From positions 416 to 64,415 of the forward strand of contig JBOHQS010000002.1 in the NCBI GenBank assembly GCA_050732295.1: a stretch of DNA of 64,000 nucleotides, written 5' to 3'. Shown piece by piece: positions 8,488 to 17,504 of the stretch. The position numbers and the translations under genes are program-made. Position 1 is the first letter of the stretch, and every line of letters begins with the position of its first letter. The DNA comes from Candidatus Methylomirabilales bacterium. Its GTDB lineage: Bacteria > Methylomirabilota > Methylomirabilia > Methylomirabilales > CSP1-5. The notes under the pieces were generated by a model. The model searched no databases, was not told the origin of the DNA, and saw nothing but the letters and a program-made list of their open reading frames with translations.

Positions 8488-10173
8488 TCAAGCCTCTTTT
8501 TCTAGGGGCCGAAGACCCTCAAGGATCGCACTCACGTGATGGTCCCACGTGTATCGAGCGAGCACCTCTCTGCGGGCGTTGACACCAAGATGGCGACGCC
8601 AGTCGGGATGCTCGACGAGGAAGCGTATTCCGGTAATGAGCTCCTTCTCATCGTCAGGCCGAACCAAGACTGCCAGCTTGTCACCCAATGGCGCGCCGAC
8701 GTGGGGCAGGTCGGAGACCCGCAGGCTATTTCTGAGCACCTGCCCGATCTGCTCAAGATCGGATGCCACGATCCCCTTCGCCATCGCCATGTACTCAAAC
8801 AGTTTCGTAGGCGAGCCAAAAAAACGGCTTCCATCCGGATTCGGCACGTGAGGAGATACCAGGATGTCGGAGGCCGCGAGGTACCGGGGCGTATCGACCT
8901 GCGGAACCAAGCCCGCAAAGCGGACGAACTCTCCCGCAGGCTCGGAGCTGAGAATTTCCCGGACCGGGGGCATCTCGAGGCCGTCCCCCACGAAGAGAAA
9001 TCGTACCCGGTACCGGGCAAGCCATCCCGGATCTACATCGACCATGTGTTGGATCGCCCGGGCGAGCACCGTCGCGCCATGCCACTTTCCGAACGTCCCC
9101 ACAAACGCCACCACCACATCGTCTTCATCAAGTGCCAGTAAACTCCTTATGGCCACGCGGTCTTCCGCAGTAAAGAGACCCGGATCAAATATCTCGGGGT
9201 CGATGCAATTGGGGTAGGTTACGATCCTATCGGGCTCTACCCCACGTTCCACGAGCTGGTCCCGAAGAACATCTGATACCGTGACGACGAGATGCGCATG
9301 CTGCAGCATCGCATCCTCCGCCATCGCTGCCAAGTCCTGGTACCGGAGCGGCTGCCTCCAGTGCTTCGCGATCCATGTCTCGGATCCATTGTACTCCGCA
9401 ACCAGCGGCACCTTCATTTCTCGAGAAAGAGCAGCTCCAGCGTAATTAGACACCGACATACGTTGATAGAGAAACGCGGGTGGCCGCGCTTTCAGGATCG
9501 ACACAGCCTGTCGGACGAACATCCGCTGGAAGCGACAATAGTTGAACTCGAAGGGAAGTCCAAAAGCCGACGGCGACCCCAACGTGCGCGAAACAACCGA
9601 GGGGTCCAGCATCTCCAGTCGCGTGGGTGCAAGTACCTCAACATGAAATCCCTTCCTTGCGAATCCATTGATGATCCCCGCTACGTGACCAACTGATCCA
9701 CCCGCCTTTACGCCGAACCCCAAATCGGTCTTCAGGTACGCCACCGAACTCCCCAATGTAGCAGTCGTTTCGCTTCGACTGCTGCCGACTAGTTCCTTTA
9801 ATTCCAATGTCGATTGTCGACCGGACATTCCGCAGGCTACAGAAGCAGCAACCAACTTGATCAGCGACGGAAGTGTTCTCCATCGGGATAAATAAGCCGG
9901 CCCCAAGCCCGGCCTTACGAATATCATATCTCGAGCCCCTGTAAGACACGCAATCAACACCAGACTGTTTGTTAGCACCTCTGCCGAATCGCCCTCCACC
10001 GCGAGGATCAGTCGCTGCGCGCGGATGCTTCTGAGGGTGCGAAGAATTCCTCTTGGCGAAAGTCTTGCCAACTCCCCGAGGTAGATGCACTCGTCAATTT
10101 TCCCAATGTCTTCCTCTAGCCGGATCCGATATGGCTGCGAAAGCGGGTAACCGGAAATGGCATACGTTCTCAC
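8488..10173 (-). CDS. GT4-family glycosyltransferase with ~150-aa N-terminal extension
   Basis: 561 aa. GTG start abuts the upstream stop. GGSVGHVAGIINGFARKGFHVEVL; C-terminal SDILVSPH...FGSPTKLFEYMAMAKGIVASD. Confidence 0.75.
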   Translation of the reverse strand: MRTYAISGYPLSQPYRIRLEEDIGKIDECIYLGELARLSPRGILRTLRSIRAQRLILAVEGDSAEVLTNSLVLIACLTGARDMIFVRPGLGPAYLSRWRTLPSLIKLVAASVACGMSGRQSTLELKELVGSSRSETTATLGSSVAYLKTDLGFGVKAGGSVGHVAGIINGFARKGFHVEVLAPTRLEMLDPSVVSRTLGSPSAFGLPFEFNYCRFQRMFVRQAVSILKARPPAFLYQRMSVSNYAGAALSREMKVPLVAEYNGSETWIAKHWRQPLRYQDLAAMAEDAMLQHAHLVVTVSDVLRDQLVERGVEPDRIVTYPNCIDPEIFDPGLFTAEDRVAIRSLLALDEDDVVVAFVGTFGKWHGATVLARAIQHMVDVDPGWLARYRVRFLFVGDGLEMPPVREILSSEPAGEFVRFAGLVPQVDTPRYLAASDILVSPHVPNPDGSRFFGSPTKLFEYMAMAKGIVASDLEQIGQVLRNSLRVSDLPHVGAPLGDKLAVLVRPDDEKELITGIRFLVEHPDWRRHLGVNARREVLARYTWDHHVSAILEGLRPLEKEA

Positions 10174-11040
10174 CTATTTCTCAGCCTCCACGATTACGAA
10201 CCATCCGCAATATCGAGAAAGACGCTCGATAAACTCCCGGCGTTGCCACGCCCTTTCTAAAGAATGAACACTTTTTTTGATCCGCAAAGACACCGGGAGC
10301 AATCTCAACAGTCCTCGCAGCGGGAGAAAATGGTTGAATTCCAAATGACACGTCTCAACTTTCGTGGAACGAAACCTCCCGAAAAGCGCGCGAATCTGCT
10401 TCCTGCTATACACTTTCACCAATGGTGATGCGTCTGAACCTGGGGAGCGGAACTCGATTTCAGAAAGGAGACGCCGATACCCCCTTCTCATCAAGCCCAT
10501 CAACAAGACCCCCCTGAACAGCATGGTCGACATCCAGTAAAATGCCGAGTTTCGATGATAGATACCGATGATTGCCTTTCCGCCATCCTTCAGCACGCGG
10601 TGGATTTCCGCGACAGCAAGCTCAGTATTTGGGGTGGAGTGGACAACACCGAACGCGTACACACAATCGAAGGTACCACCCTTGAAAGGCAATACCTCCG
10701 CATCACCGAGGAAGCATGGCACAGTAAGCCCGTGGAGCTGGAAATTCTTGCGCGTTAACACGAGATGTCTTTGGGCGAGATCAACAGCGTAGCACTCAGC
10801 CCCGCGGGATCCGAACTGAAGGAGATCGGTGCCCAGCCCTGGGCCGATTTCGAGCACTCTTTTGCCCTGGAACCTGTCGAATCCAATAGCCTGTAACATC
10901 CATGGCGCATAGTCGCCGTATCTATACCGCCTGGCTGCCTCAAAGAACTCTGTTGAGCCTTCCGCAAAATTGGCAGCAGTGATTGCCCCGCAGGGGTCCG
11001 TGTTCCACTGCATCTGTGCTTGACGTTTTGCATCCTCCAC
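10174..11040 (-). CDS. Class I SAM-dependent methyltransferase
   Basis: 288 aa, GTG start. Motif I VLEIGPGLGTDLLQF. Confidence 0.8.
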   Translation of the reverse strand: MEDAKRQAQMQWNTDPCGAITAANFAEGSTEFFEAARRYRYGDYAPWMLQAIGFDRFQGKRVLEIGPGLGTDLLQFGSRGAECYAVDLAQRHLVLTRKNFQLHGLTVPCFLGDAEVLPFKGGTFDCVYAFGVVHSTPNTELAVAEIHRVLKDGGKAIIGIYHRNSAFYWMSTMLFRGVLLMGLMRRGYRRLLSEIEFRSPGSDASPLVKVYSRKQIRALFGRFRSTKVETCHLEFNHFLPLRGLLRLLPVSLRIKKSVHSLERAWQRREFIERLSRYCGWFVIVEAEK

Positions 11041-11153
11041 TTTTTCTCCCTCCGGAAGCGCCGCTCGATCATCCTTTCATGCGCAGCTCCCAATCAGCTT
11101 TCCGGTCTAGTTGCTCGAATTCTCCGACTGACAGAGACGACTCATTGGGGGGG

Positions 11154-13163
11154 TCACGCTTTGATCCAGTAGTCGAACCAGGCGGTGAGGTTGTAGAGTG
11201 TCCAGAGATACAGGCTCGTGTCCCTTCGGCCTGCCCGATGCTGGTGGAACAGGGTACGGATGTACTCGTAGTCAAAGAGGCCGTACCGTCGGAGTGCCGA
11301 GTTCATCACCGTGGTCTCCGTCAGGCGGCCGAACTCACCTTGCAGCCACTGACTCATCGGGGCGCCGAACCCACGCTTGGGTTGATGGATTACTTCCGCC
11401 GGGAGAAGCCCCTCGCACGCCCGCTTCAGCAGGTGTTTGGGGACGCCGTTGCGGACCTTGTACTCCATCGGAATCTCCATCGTGAATTCCACCAGCTTGT
11501 GGTCCAGGAAAGGCACGCGGGCCTCAACAGACGTGGACATCGTAATCTTGTCCACCCGCATCAGAAGGAGCTCGGGGAGGCGGAGCTTGAATTCGTTGTA
11601 CGTCATTCGGGCCAGAACATCCGCCCCCGGGTAAGCGCGGACGAAAGCTTGCTGGAAGGATCGAATAACATTGAACGTGTCAAGTTCAAGATAATCCGGG
11701 GGCAAGAGGTCCTCGTGCAGATTTGGGCGGGAGTCCCGTGCGATCAAGACCGCCGGATCGGGGACCAGTTGCCGCTTCATCGTGTCAAAGAAGCCGGTCG
11801 CCCCGCTCCAGAAATGCTCCCGATTTCGGGCCGCGCGCTCGACGATGTCCGCGTGAAACTCCAGGCCTGGCCAGAACTTCGCCAACGCCCCCGCCAGCCG
11901 TGCCACCGCCCCCTGCAAGCCCCTCGGCATATAGCGCCGGAAGGGCGTCCAGTACCTTCGATAGAGGTCCAGATACCGCATGTAGCTGCCGTAGCCGCAG
12001 AACTGTTCGTCCGATCCTTCGCCCACGAGGACCACGATCGTTCCGCTCTCGCGGAGGAGCTTCGAGACGAAGTAGAGGGGGATACACACCCAGTCGGCGA
12101 TGGGCTCGTCCTGATGGTAGATCAGGTCATCCAGGTATCCCACCATGTCCCGCTCATCGATCATCACCTCATGATGGTTCGTCTTGAACAGTCCGGCCAC
12201 GAAGCGGGCCGAGTCGATCTCGTTCAGATGCGTGTGATCCGTGAACCCCACGGTAAAGGTATCCACGGGACGGCCCATGCTCTGTGCCATGAGCGCGGTG
12301 ATCGCACTCGAATCGATACCACCCGACAGAAAGACTCCGAACGGCACATCCGACATCAGCCGCTTTTCGACGGCCCCGGCGAGACGCTGTCGAATCCCCC
12401 GGACATAAAACTCCTCGCGCTCCCCAGACGGCAGCGTCGCCGCCTCGGTCTGGACTTGGGGGTCCGGGAGGGCATCCCAATATCGTTGGGCAGAGAGTTT
12501 GCCTTTCGAGTCAAGCCGCAGGTACCACCCCGCGGGGAGCTTGTAGATACCCCTGAACATGGTCAAGGGCGCAGGCGTCGTGAGGAAGGAGAGATAGTGG
12601 TACATCGCAATGGTATCCAGGCTTCGCGTCGCCTGCGGATGCGCCAAGATCGCCTTGATTTCCGACCCGAACAGAACGGAGCCATTCGGGAAGGAAAAAT
12701 AGAGCGGCTTGATCCCGATCCGATCTCTGACGAGATACAGGCAGCGGGATTCGCCGTCCCACAGGGCAAAGGCGAACATGCCCTCGATCCGGGAGAGGAG
12801 GCCGTCCATCCCCCACTGTTCATATCCGTGGACCAGGACCTCGGTGTCCGAATGATGCGTGCGAAAGACATGGCCGGCCCGCTCCAGCTCCAGCCGCAGG
12901 CGCACATGGTTGTAGATCTCGCCGTTATAGACCAGCCAGATGTTCCCGTTCTCGTTGGTCATCGGCTGCATCGCATCGTCCGAAAGATCCACGATGGCCA
13001 GGCGCCGGAACCCCAGCCCGACGCGACGGTCGGGAGAGAGCCAGGTCCTCCCGCCGTCCGGCCCCCTGTGAACGAGGGCCTGGCGCATCGCATCGATCAA
13101 CTCGGGGGTGAGTTGATCCTGCCCTTTTCCGTCAAAGATGTAGACGCCCGCTATGCCGCACAT
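11154..13163 (-). CDS. asnB: Asparagine synthase (glutamine-hydrolysing)-family amidotransferase
   Basis: 669 aa. Ntn nucleophile MCGIAG; GPDG; YNGEIYN; PP-loop SGGIDSS. Confidence 0.85.
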   Translation of the reverse strand: MCGIAGVYIFDGKGQDQLTPELIDAMRQALVHRGPDGGRTWLSPDRRVGLGFRRLAIVDLSDDAMQPMTNENGNIWLVYNGEIYNHVRLRLELERAGHVFRTHHSDTEVLVHGYEQWGMDGLLSRIEGMFAFALWDGESRCLYLVRDRIGIKPLYFSFPNGSVLFGSEIKAILAHPQATRSLDTIAMYHYLSFLTTPAPLTMFRGIYKLPAGWYLRLDSKGKLSAQRYWDALPDPQVQTEAATLPSGEREEFYVRGIRQRLAGAVEKRLMSDVPFGVFLSGGIDSSAITALMAQSMGRPVDTFTVGFTDHTHLNEIDSARFVAGLFKTNHHEVMIDERDMVGYLDDLIYHQDEPIADWVCIPLYFVSKLLRESGTIVVLVGEGSDEQFCGYGSYMRYLDLYRRYWTPFRRYMPRGLQGAVARLAGALAKFWPGLEFHADIVERAARNREHFWSGATGFFDTMKRQLVPDPAVLIARDSRPNLHEDLLPPDYLELDTFNVIRSFQQAFVRAYPGADVLARMTYNEFKLRLPELLLMRVDKITMSTSVEARVPFLDHKLVEFTMEIPMEYKVRNGVPKHLLKRACEGLLPAEVIHQPKRGFGAPMSQWLQGEFGRLTETTVMNSALRRYGLFDYEYIRTLFHQHRAGRRDTSLYLWTLYNLTAWFDYWIKA

Positions 13164-13235
13164 CCCAGAGCCTCGTCCACCCTCCTCCGGGGACAGATAT
13201 GTGGGAGAAGAAACGGGATGGGCCCAATCCCCAGC

Positions 13236-14585
13236 CTACGATACCGTGACAGTCTGGCGTGCAGGCCCGGTCGCCGCAGCCTGCGCGAGAGCGGAACGAA
13301 AGGCAGCGCGGACTCGAGTGGCGCCATGACGCTCGAGGGCCAAATCATGCGCACGCTGTCCGATTTGCGCGCGGTAGCCCTCATCAGTTATCAGCCCCCG
13401 GATCGCAGCGGAGAGAGTCTCTTGACTTCTTTGGGTCACAACATGTGCCGCGCCCGCCTCTGCAAGATACCGGATCTGGGCCATTTCCAGGGGCCCGTAC
13501 GCCAGGATCGGCGTTCCCGACGCCATATACGCAGGAAGCTTCGCGGGAAATGAGAGGCGCAAATACCGAACCGAGCGCGTGTCAAAGTTCACCGGAAGGA
13601 CCAGAAGGTCGGCCGCCGTGATCACGGACTTGAAGTCATCCTTTCCCGTCTCGGGACCGATCCGTATCCCGGGACAGGTCTCCAGGACAGAGCGATGCTG
13701 CCGGAGCGAATAATACTGGGTATGGATCCAGAACTCGACCTCCAGACCGGAGCAGCGCAGACCGTGAACCGCCCAGCCGACATCCATCAAACTGCGAAGC
13801 TGAGCCACTTCCACAATGGTCCCGTAGTATACGACGCGAAAAGGAGTGCCCGTCGAGTCCCTCTTTCCCGACGACTGCCATTCGGATTCCTCGACCGGAT
13901 TGTGGAATGTCACGAAGGGAAGGCCGTACCGGCGCTCGTACTCCGTGCACATGGCATCGCAAATACCCAGGCGACCCTGCACCGTCCCCAGCAGGGCCCT
14001 GAATTCGCGGTGCATTCGCCGTCTCAGGAACGGACCAAACACTCCACGGCGATACAGATGTTCGGGCCAATCATCCATCATATGGATAACCACGGGGATG
14101 CCGAAGCGCTCTTGCAGCAACTTGACAAGTCGTATATATGCCAGGGACCCGAGTAATGTATACAGGACCTCCGGCCGAAAGCTTTCCACCCACTGGATCA
14201 GCACGCGAGATAGCCTGACCCTTTCGGGCAAGCCATCGCCAGCGAGAGCGAGTAACCATTGGAGGTAACGGATTGTCCCGACTCCGGTGCCCCCGGCGCC
14301 ACCCAATTTCCCGCTCCCGTCCATCGAACCCATCTTTCGCAACCGATACCAGGACCGTGCCGACTCGGCGAAGGGAATCGCCAGTCGACGCTCCTCCGTT
14401 CCGAGTTTGAAATACGTTTCGCAGACGTCCGTTTCCAGCGGAAGGATTTCCGAATGGAGCGTCGCGATGCGGTCACGCGGCCAGCCACGGAACAGATTGG
14501 TCAGCAGTACACCGCCCCCCGAGTAGGGATTGAAAGCACTTGAGCTCACCAGCAAGACGCGCGGGGAATCCGAATCAGCATTCAT
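13236..14585 (-). CDS. GT-B (GT4-like) glycosyltransferase
   Basis: 449 aa. LLVSSSAFNPYSGGGVLLTNL at the N-terminus; ADLLVLPV...AKLPAYMASGTPILAYGP in the C-half. Confidence 0.6.
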   Translation of the reverse strand: MNADSDSPRVLLVSSSAFNPYSGGGVLLTNLFRGWPRDRIATLHSEILPLETDVCETYFKLGTEERRLAIPFAESARSWYRLRKMGSMDGSGKLGGAGGTGVGTIRYLQWLLALAGDGLPERVRLSRVLIQWVESFRPEVLYTLLGSLAYIRLVKLLQERFGIPVVIHMMDDWPEHLYRRGVFGPFLRRRMHREFRALLGTVQGRLGICDAMCTEYERRYGLPFVTFHNPVEESEWQSSGKRDSTGTPFRVVYYGTIVEVAQLRSLMDVGWAVHGLRCSGLEVEFWIHTQYYSLRQHRSVLETCPGIRIGPETGKDDFKSVITAADLLVLPVNFDTRSVRYLRLSFPAKLPAYMASGTPILAYGPLEMAQIRYLAEAGAAHVVTQRSQETLSAAIRGLITDEGYRAQIGQRAHDLALERHGATRVRAAFRSALAQAAATGPARQTVTVS

Positions 14586-15489
14586 TGGAAAGTTTTCTTA
14601 GAAGGAGCATCCAGCCAGAGCAAAATCTGAGCGGCAGCCAGTCAGCCAGGGCATTGTTCAACGGCAACAAGCGCCGGAAGGGCCCCTGATTCAACCAGAT
14701 GTCGATGAACCGTCCGCAGAGAAAGATCCGACCCCGAACCTCTATAACTGTGAAGCCCGCGCGTCGACACATCGCGTGAAATTCTGGAAGTCGGAAAAAC
14801 TGCACATGCGGGGAATCATTATTCAGGGTCCCCGCGATTGGCTCCGGATACGGGCCTCCCAGACGTTTCCACAGTCGTCCAATGAGAGACCGGACCGACC
14901 TCGCCAACCGGAGAAGCGTCGAGCTGATCCGAAAACGGGCCAACCGCCTCTCGAGCCGTTTCAGTTGCTCAAACGGGCCATAACCGTTCGGCACGGACAC
15001 GATAAGAATCCCCGGCGTATTCAGAAGCTTATTGAATCCCTCCAGATATGTCTCCGGATTTCGAAGATGCTCCAGGACTTCGGAGCAGATAATCACGTCA
15101 AAACGCTCATTCCCTTCCTGGAGATCCTTCAGGTCTCCAACAGCATAACGGACGTTTTCGTATGGATTCTGCTTGACAGCGGTGTCCACCGACGGCGGAT
15201 GAGGATCAACACCGAGGATGCGATCCCCATGCTGACCCAGGGGACGTGTCAACGTGAACCCCGTGCCACACCCGCAATCCAAGATCGAAACCGTCTCTCG
15301 CCCCTCACGTTTCTTGAAATCGTCGATCCACTTCGAAAAGACCTGCACACGCTTGACGATACCATAGGATGTTTCACGAAAGTCACATATAGGAGCTTTA
15401 CACTCTTGCGGAGCGCGCTGTGGACGCGCGACAAGACTCGCGTTCTGGGCCCCTGCTGGCACTCCAGATTGTGGTGTGTTCATTCGCAT
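14575..15489 (-). CDS. Class I SAM-dependent methyltransferase
   Basis: 304 aa. Motif I ILDCGCGTGFTL; DVIICSEVLEHL. Confidence 0.8.
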   Translation of the reverse strand: MRMNTPQSGVPAGAQNASLVARPQRAPQECKAPICDFRETSYGIVKRVQVFSKWIDDFKKREGRETVSILDCGCGTGFTLTRPLGQHGDRILGVDPHPPSVDTAVKQNPYENVRYAVGDLKDLQEGNERFDVIICSEVLEHLRNPETYLEGFNKLLNTPGILIVSVPNGYGPFEQLKRLERRLARFRISSTLLRLARSVRSLIGRLWKRLGGPYPEPIAGTLNNDSPHVQFFRLPEFHAMCRRAGFTVIEVRGRIFLCGRFIDIWLNQGPFRRLLPLNNALADWLPLRFCSGWMLLLRKLSNEC

Positions 15490-16743
15490 TTAGGGTATCG
15501 CTCTGTCTCGTACCATCTCTTCATAGAGGCTTGCGAAGTGCCGCAGCTCCGTCTCGCGGGTGTAGCCCGCCTCGATCGTCCGCCGACATTGCTTCGCCAT
15601 ATCAGGTTGCATTTTCTGGGTCAAGAAGAGTTTCCGAAGACCCTCCGAGAGGTCCTCGACGTCCCGTAGCCGGGCGAGGTAGCCGGTTTCCCCGTCGCGA
15701 ACGACGTCGGTCACTCCACCGACCCGGAAGGCGGCAACGGGCGTCCCGCACGCGAGGCTTTCTATGATCCCGTTGGCCAGGTTCTCAACCACCGCGGGAT
15801 GGAGGAGAACATCCGCGGCGGCATAGATCGAAGCGAGAAGACGATCGCTCTGCGTGAATCCCATGCGGATCGTCCGGTATTGAGGGCTCCCCTCCCACGC
15901 CTCGGCTCCCTCACCGATGACAACCAGAACCAGGTCCCGGACACCCGAAGCCGCCACTCGCTCGAGTGCCGGACGCACATACTCCCCGCCTTTGCGCGTA
16001 CCGGTCGCCGCCACATGGGCGCTAAAGAGCACAACCTTTGCGTGCAGCGGGATGCCGAGGCTTTCCCGGGCGGCAGCCTTTGGGATGGGCCGGAAGATCT
16101 CGGTATCGACCCCGTTAGGAATCGTCCGCACGGGGAACCGCCCGAGCAGCGGACTCTCCTTGACCAGGCCCGCCATCCACGAGTTCGTCACGACGACGAC
16201 AAGCTTCGATCGGTCGTAGACCGACTTCTTCACCTTCCAGAGCAGGGCGGTGGTGTCCCTCTTCAAAGCTGGGTAATCCCCAAGCAGCGGGCACGACCCA
16301 CAACCGGCCTGCCAGCGTTCGCAATCATGAGAATAGGCACAGTGGCCCGTGAGTGGCCACATATCAGAGAGGCGCCAAACGACGGGCCGCTGGCGGCTGA
16401 TCCGTGGGAGCGCGAGATGCGAGAAGTATCCGCCGTGCGTGTTGTAGAGCTGGATGATATCGGCCTCGCGAAACCAGGGATGGCGGGTCAACAGGAACGA
16501 TGACGGATACCACCAGTATTGCAGGTCGAGCCGATCGACGACGTACCGCCCCAGCAGATCGAGACCCCTGACGATCGGCCGCCCGCCGTGCGGGAACCCC
16601 ACGTCGGGATCGTTCGTCACGCGCGTCCGGACCAGCATGCGGGAGCGATGGCCCAGCTCGCGAAGCCCGCAATGGATGCGATACGCCGACCGCCCGGACC
16701 CCCCGAGATTATCCGCCGTACTGATGTGCAGAACACTCAGCAT
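15490..16743 (-). CDS. GT4-family glycosyltransferase
   Basis: LHISTADNLGGSGRSAYRIH; ADVLLHPAVVENLANGIIESLACGTPV. I prefer ATG 16743 (GAGGA upstream, 8 nt after the upstream stop). The track start at 16854 would overlap the upstream gene by ~100 nt. Confidence 0.75.
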   Translation of the reverse strand: MLSVLHISTADNLGGSGRSAYRIHCGLRELGHRSRMLVRTRVTNDPDVGFPHGGRPIVRGLDLLGRYVVDRLDLQYWWYPSSFLLTRHPWFREADIIQLYNTHGGYFSHLALPRISRQRPVVWRLSDMWPLTGHCAYSHDCERWQAGCGSCPLLGDYPALKRDTTALLWKVKKSVYDRSKLVVVVTNSWMAGLVKESPLLGRFPVRTIPNGVDTEIFRPIPKAAARESLGIPLHAKVVLFSAHVAATGTRKGGEYVRPALERVAASGVRDLVLVVIGEGAEAWEGSPQYRTIRMGFTQSDRLLASIYAAADVLLHPAVVENLANGIIESLACGTPVAAFRVGGVTDVVRDGETGYLARLRDVEDLSEGLRKLFLTQKMQPDMAKQCRRTIEAGYTRETELRHFASLYEEMVRDRAIP

Positions 16744-16751
16744 CTCTTCCT

Positions 16752-17504
16752 CTATCTTACCCGCCGACCAATGTAGACGAGGTGAGGCTGCTGGATAGCT
16801 AGCCATGGCTTGAGGGCCACGCGTCGCAGGAAGCGGAGAACTTTCATTGGCCATCGCCCGCCGAAGGTAGTCGCCTTACATAAAAGTGTGTCCATTCCGT
16901 AGGCCCCAAGAACGTTCGCCAAGCTGTCGGGCGTAAATGAGTTGACGTGTTGCCAGTGGTGAAAAACGCATCCGCAGTCTGGACAAATCGTCTTTAGAAT
17001 ATCGAGGTCTTCGTTATGGGGCGTCGTCGCGACCAGGAAGCCTCCGAGGTGCAAGATGCGGCGGACGTCGTCCAGCGTTAATTTGAGCTGTTCGGCCGGG
17101 AGATGTTCGAGCACTTCGACCAGGAACACGACGTCGACGCTCTGGGACGCGATCGGGCTCGGGACGGAGTCGGCCAGGGCGATTCCGCCAAAAAGGGGAT
17201 GATCGCCGCAACGTTTCCGAACCTGGTCGATGGACTCGGGGGAAAACTCCATGCCCTCAGCGCGGATGCCTCGTTGCAGGAGGCGTTCGAGGAGGAAGCC
17301 CGGCCCGCACCCGTAGTCAAGGACCCGGCCAGCCCCCAAGTGGACATAGCGTTGCGCAAATGCAATAATGGCGTCGCCGGAGTGACTGCTGAAATAGGTT
17401 CGATCGGCCTGGGGGCTGTTCGAGAGGTAGGCCCAGAATCGCCTCACGTGCTCCGGCGTCCATTCGACCTCGTGGGGGGCAAATTTCAGCACAGGTCCTG
17501 CCAC
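16752..17504 (-). CDS. Class I SAM-dependent methyltransferase
   Basis: 250 aa. Motif I VLDYGCGPGFLLERL; VVFLVEVLEHL; C-terminal CPDCGC zinc knuckle. Confidence 0.8.
   Translation of the reverse strand: MAGPVLKFAPHEVEWTPEHVRRFWAYLSNSPQADRTYFSSHSGDAIIAFAQRYVHLGAGRVLDYGCGPGFLLERLLQRGIRAEGMEFSPESIDQVRKRCGDHPLFGGIALADSVPSPIASQSVDVVFLVEVLEHLPAEQLKLTLDDVRRILHLGGFLVATTPHNEDLDILKTICPDCGCVFHHWQHVNSFTPDSLANVLGAYGMDTLLCKATTFGGRWPMKVLRFLRRVALKPWLAIQQPHLVYIGRRVR

Noticed and set aside
11147-11153. G7 (minus strand C7) tract immediately after the asnB stop, considered as a phase-variation switch
   Set aside because: It is intergenic, only 7 nt long, and sits in a GC-rich background. There is no promoter spacer or coding frame that it would obviously affect.
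11154-13163. The four AsnB homologues as asparagine-biosynthesis genes
   Set aside because: There are four paralogues inside one glycan operon, each followed by methyltransferase, glycosyltransferase or amidotransferase genes. This fits WbpS-type sugar or uronate amidation rather than amino-acid metabolism. I cannot prove this from sequence alone.
10983-13553. 856-aa plus-strand ORF, the longest ORF on that strand
   Set aside because: It is exactly antisense to the well-supported asnB gene and its neighbours. Its composition is Arg/Pro/Gly/His-rich and low in complexity, with no recognisable motif. This is typical of a stop-poor shadow frame in GC-rich DNA.
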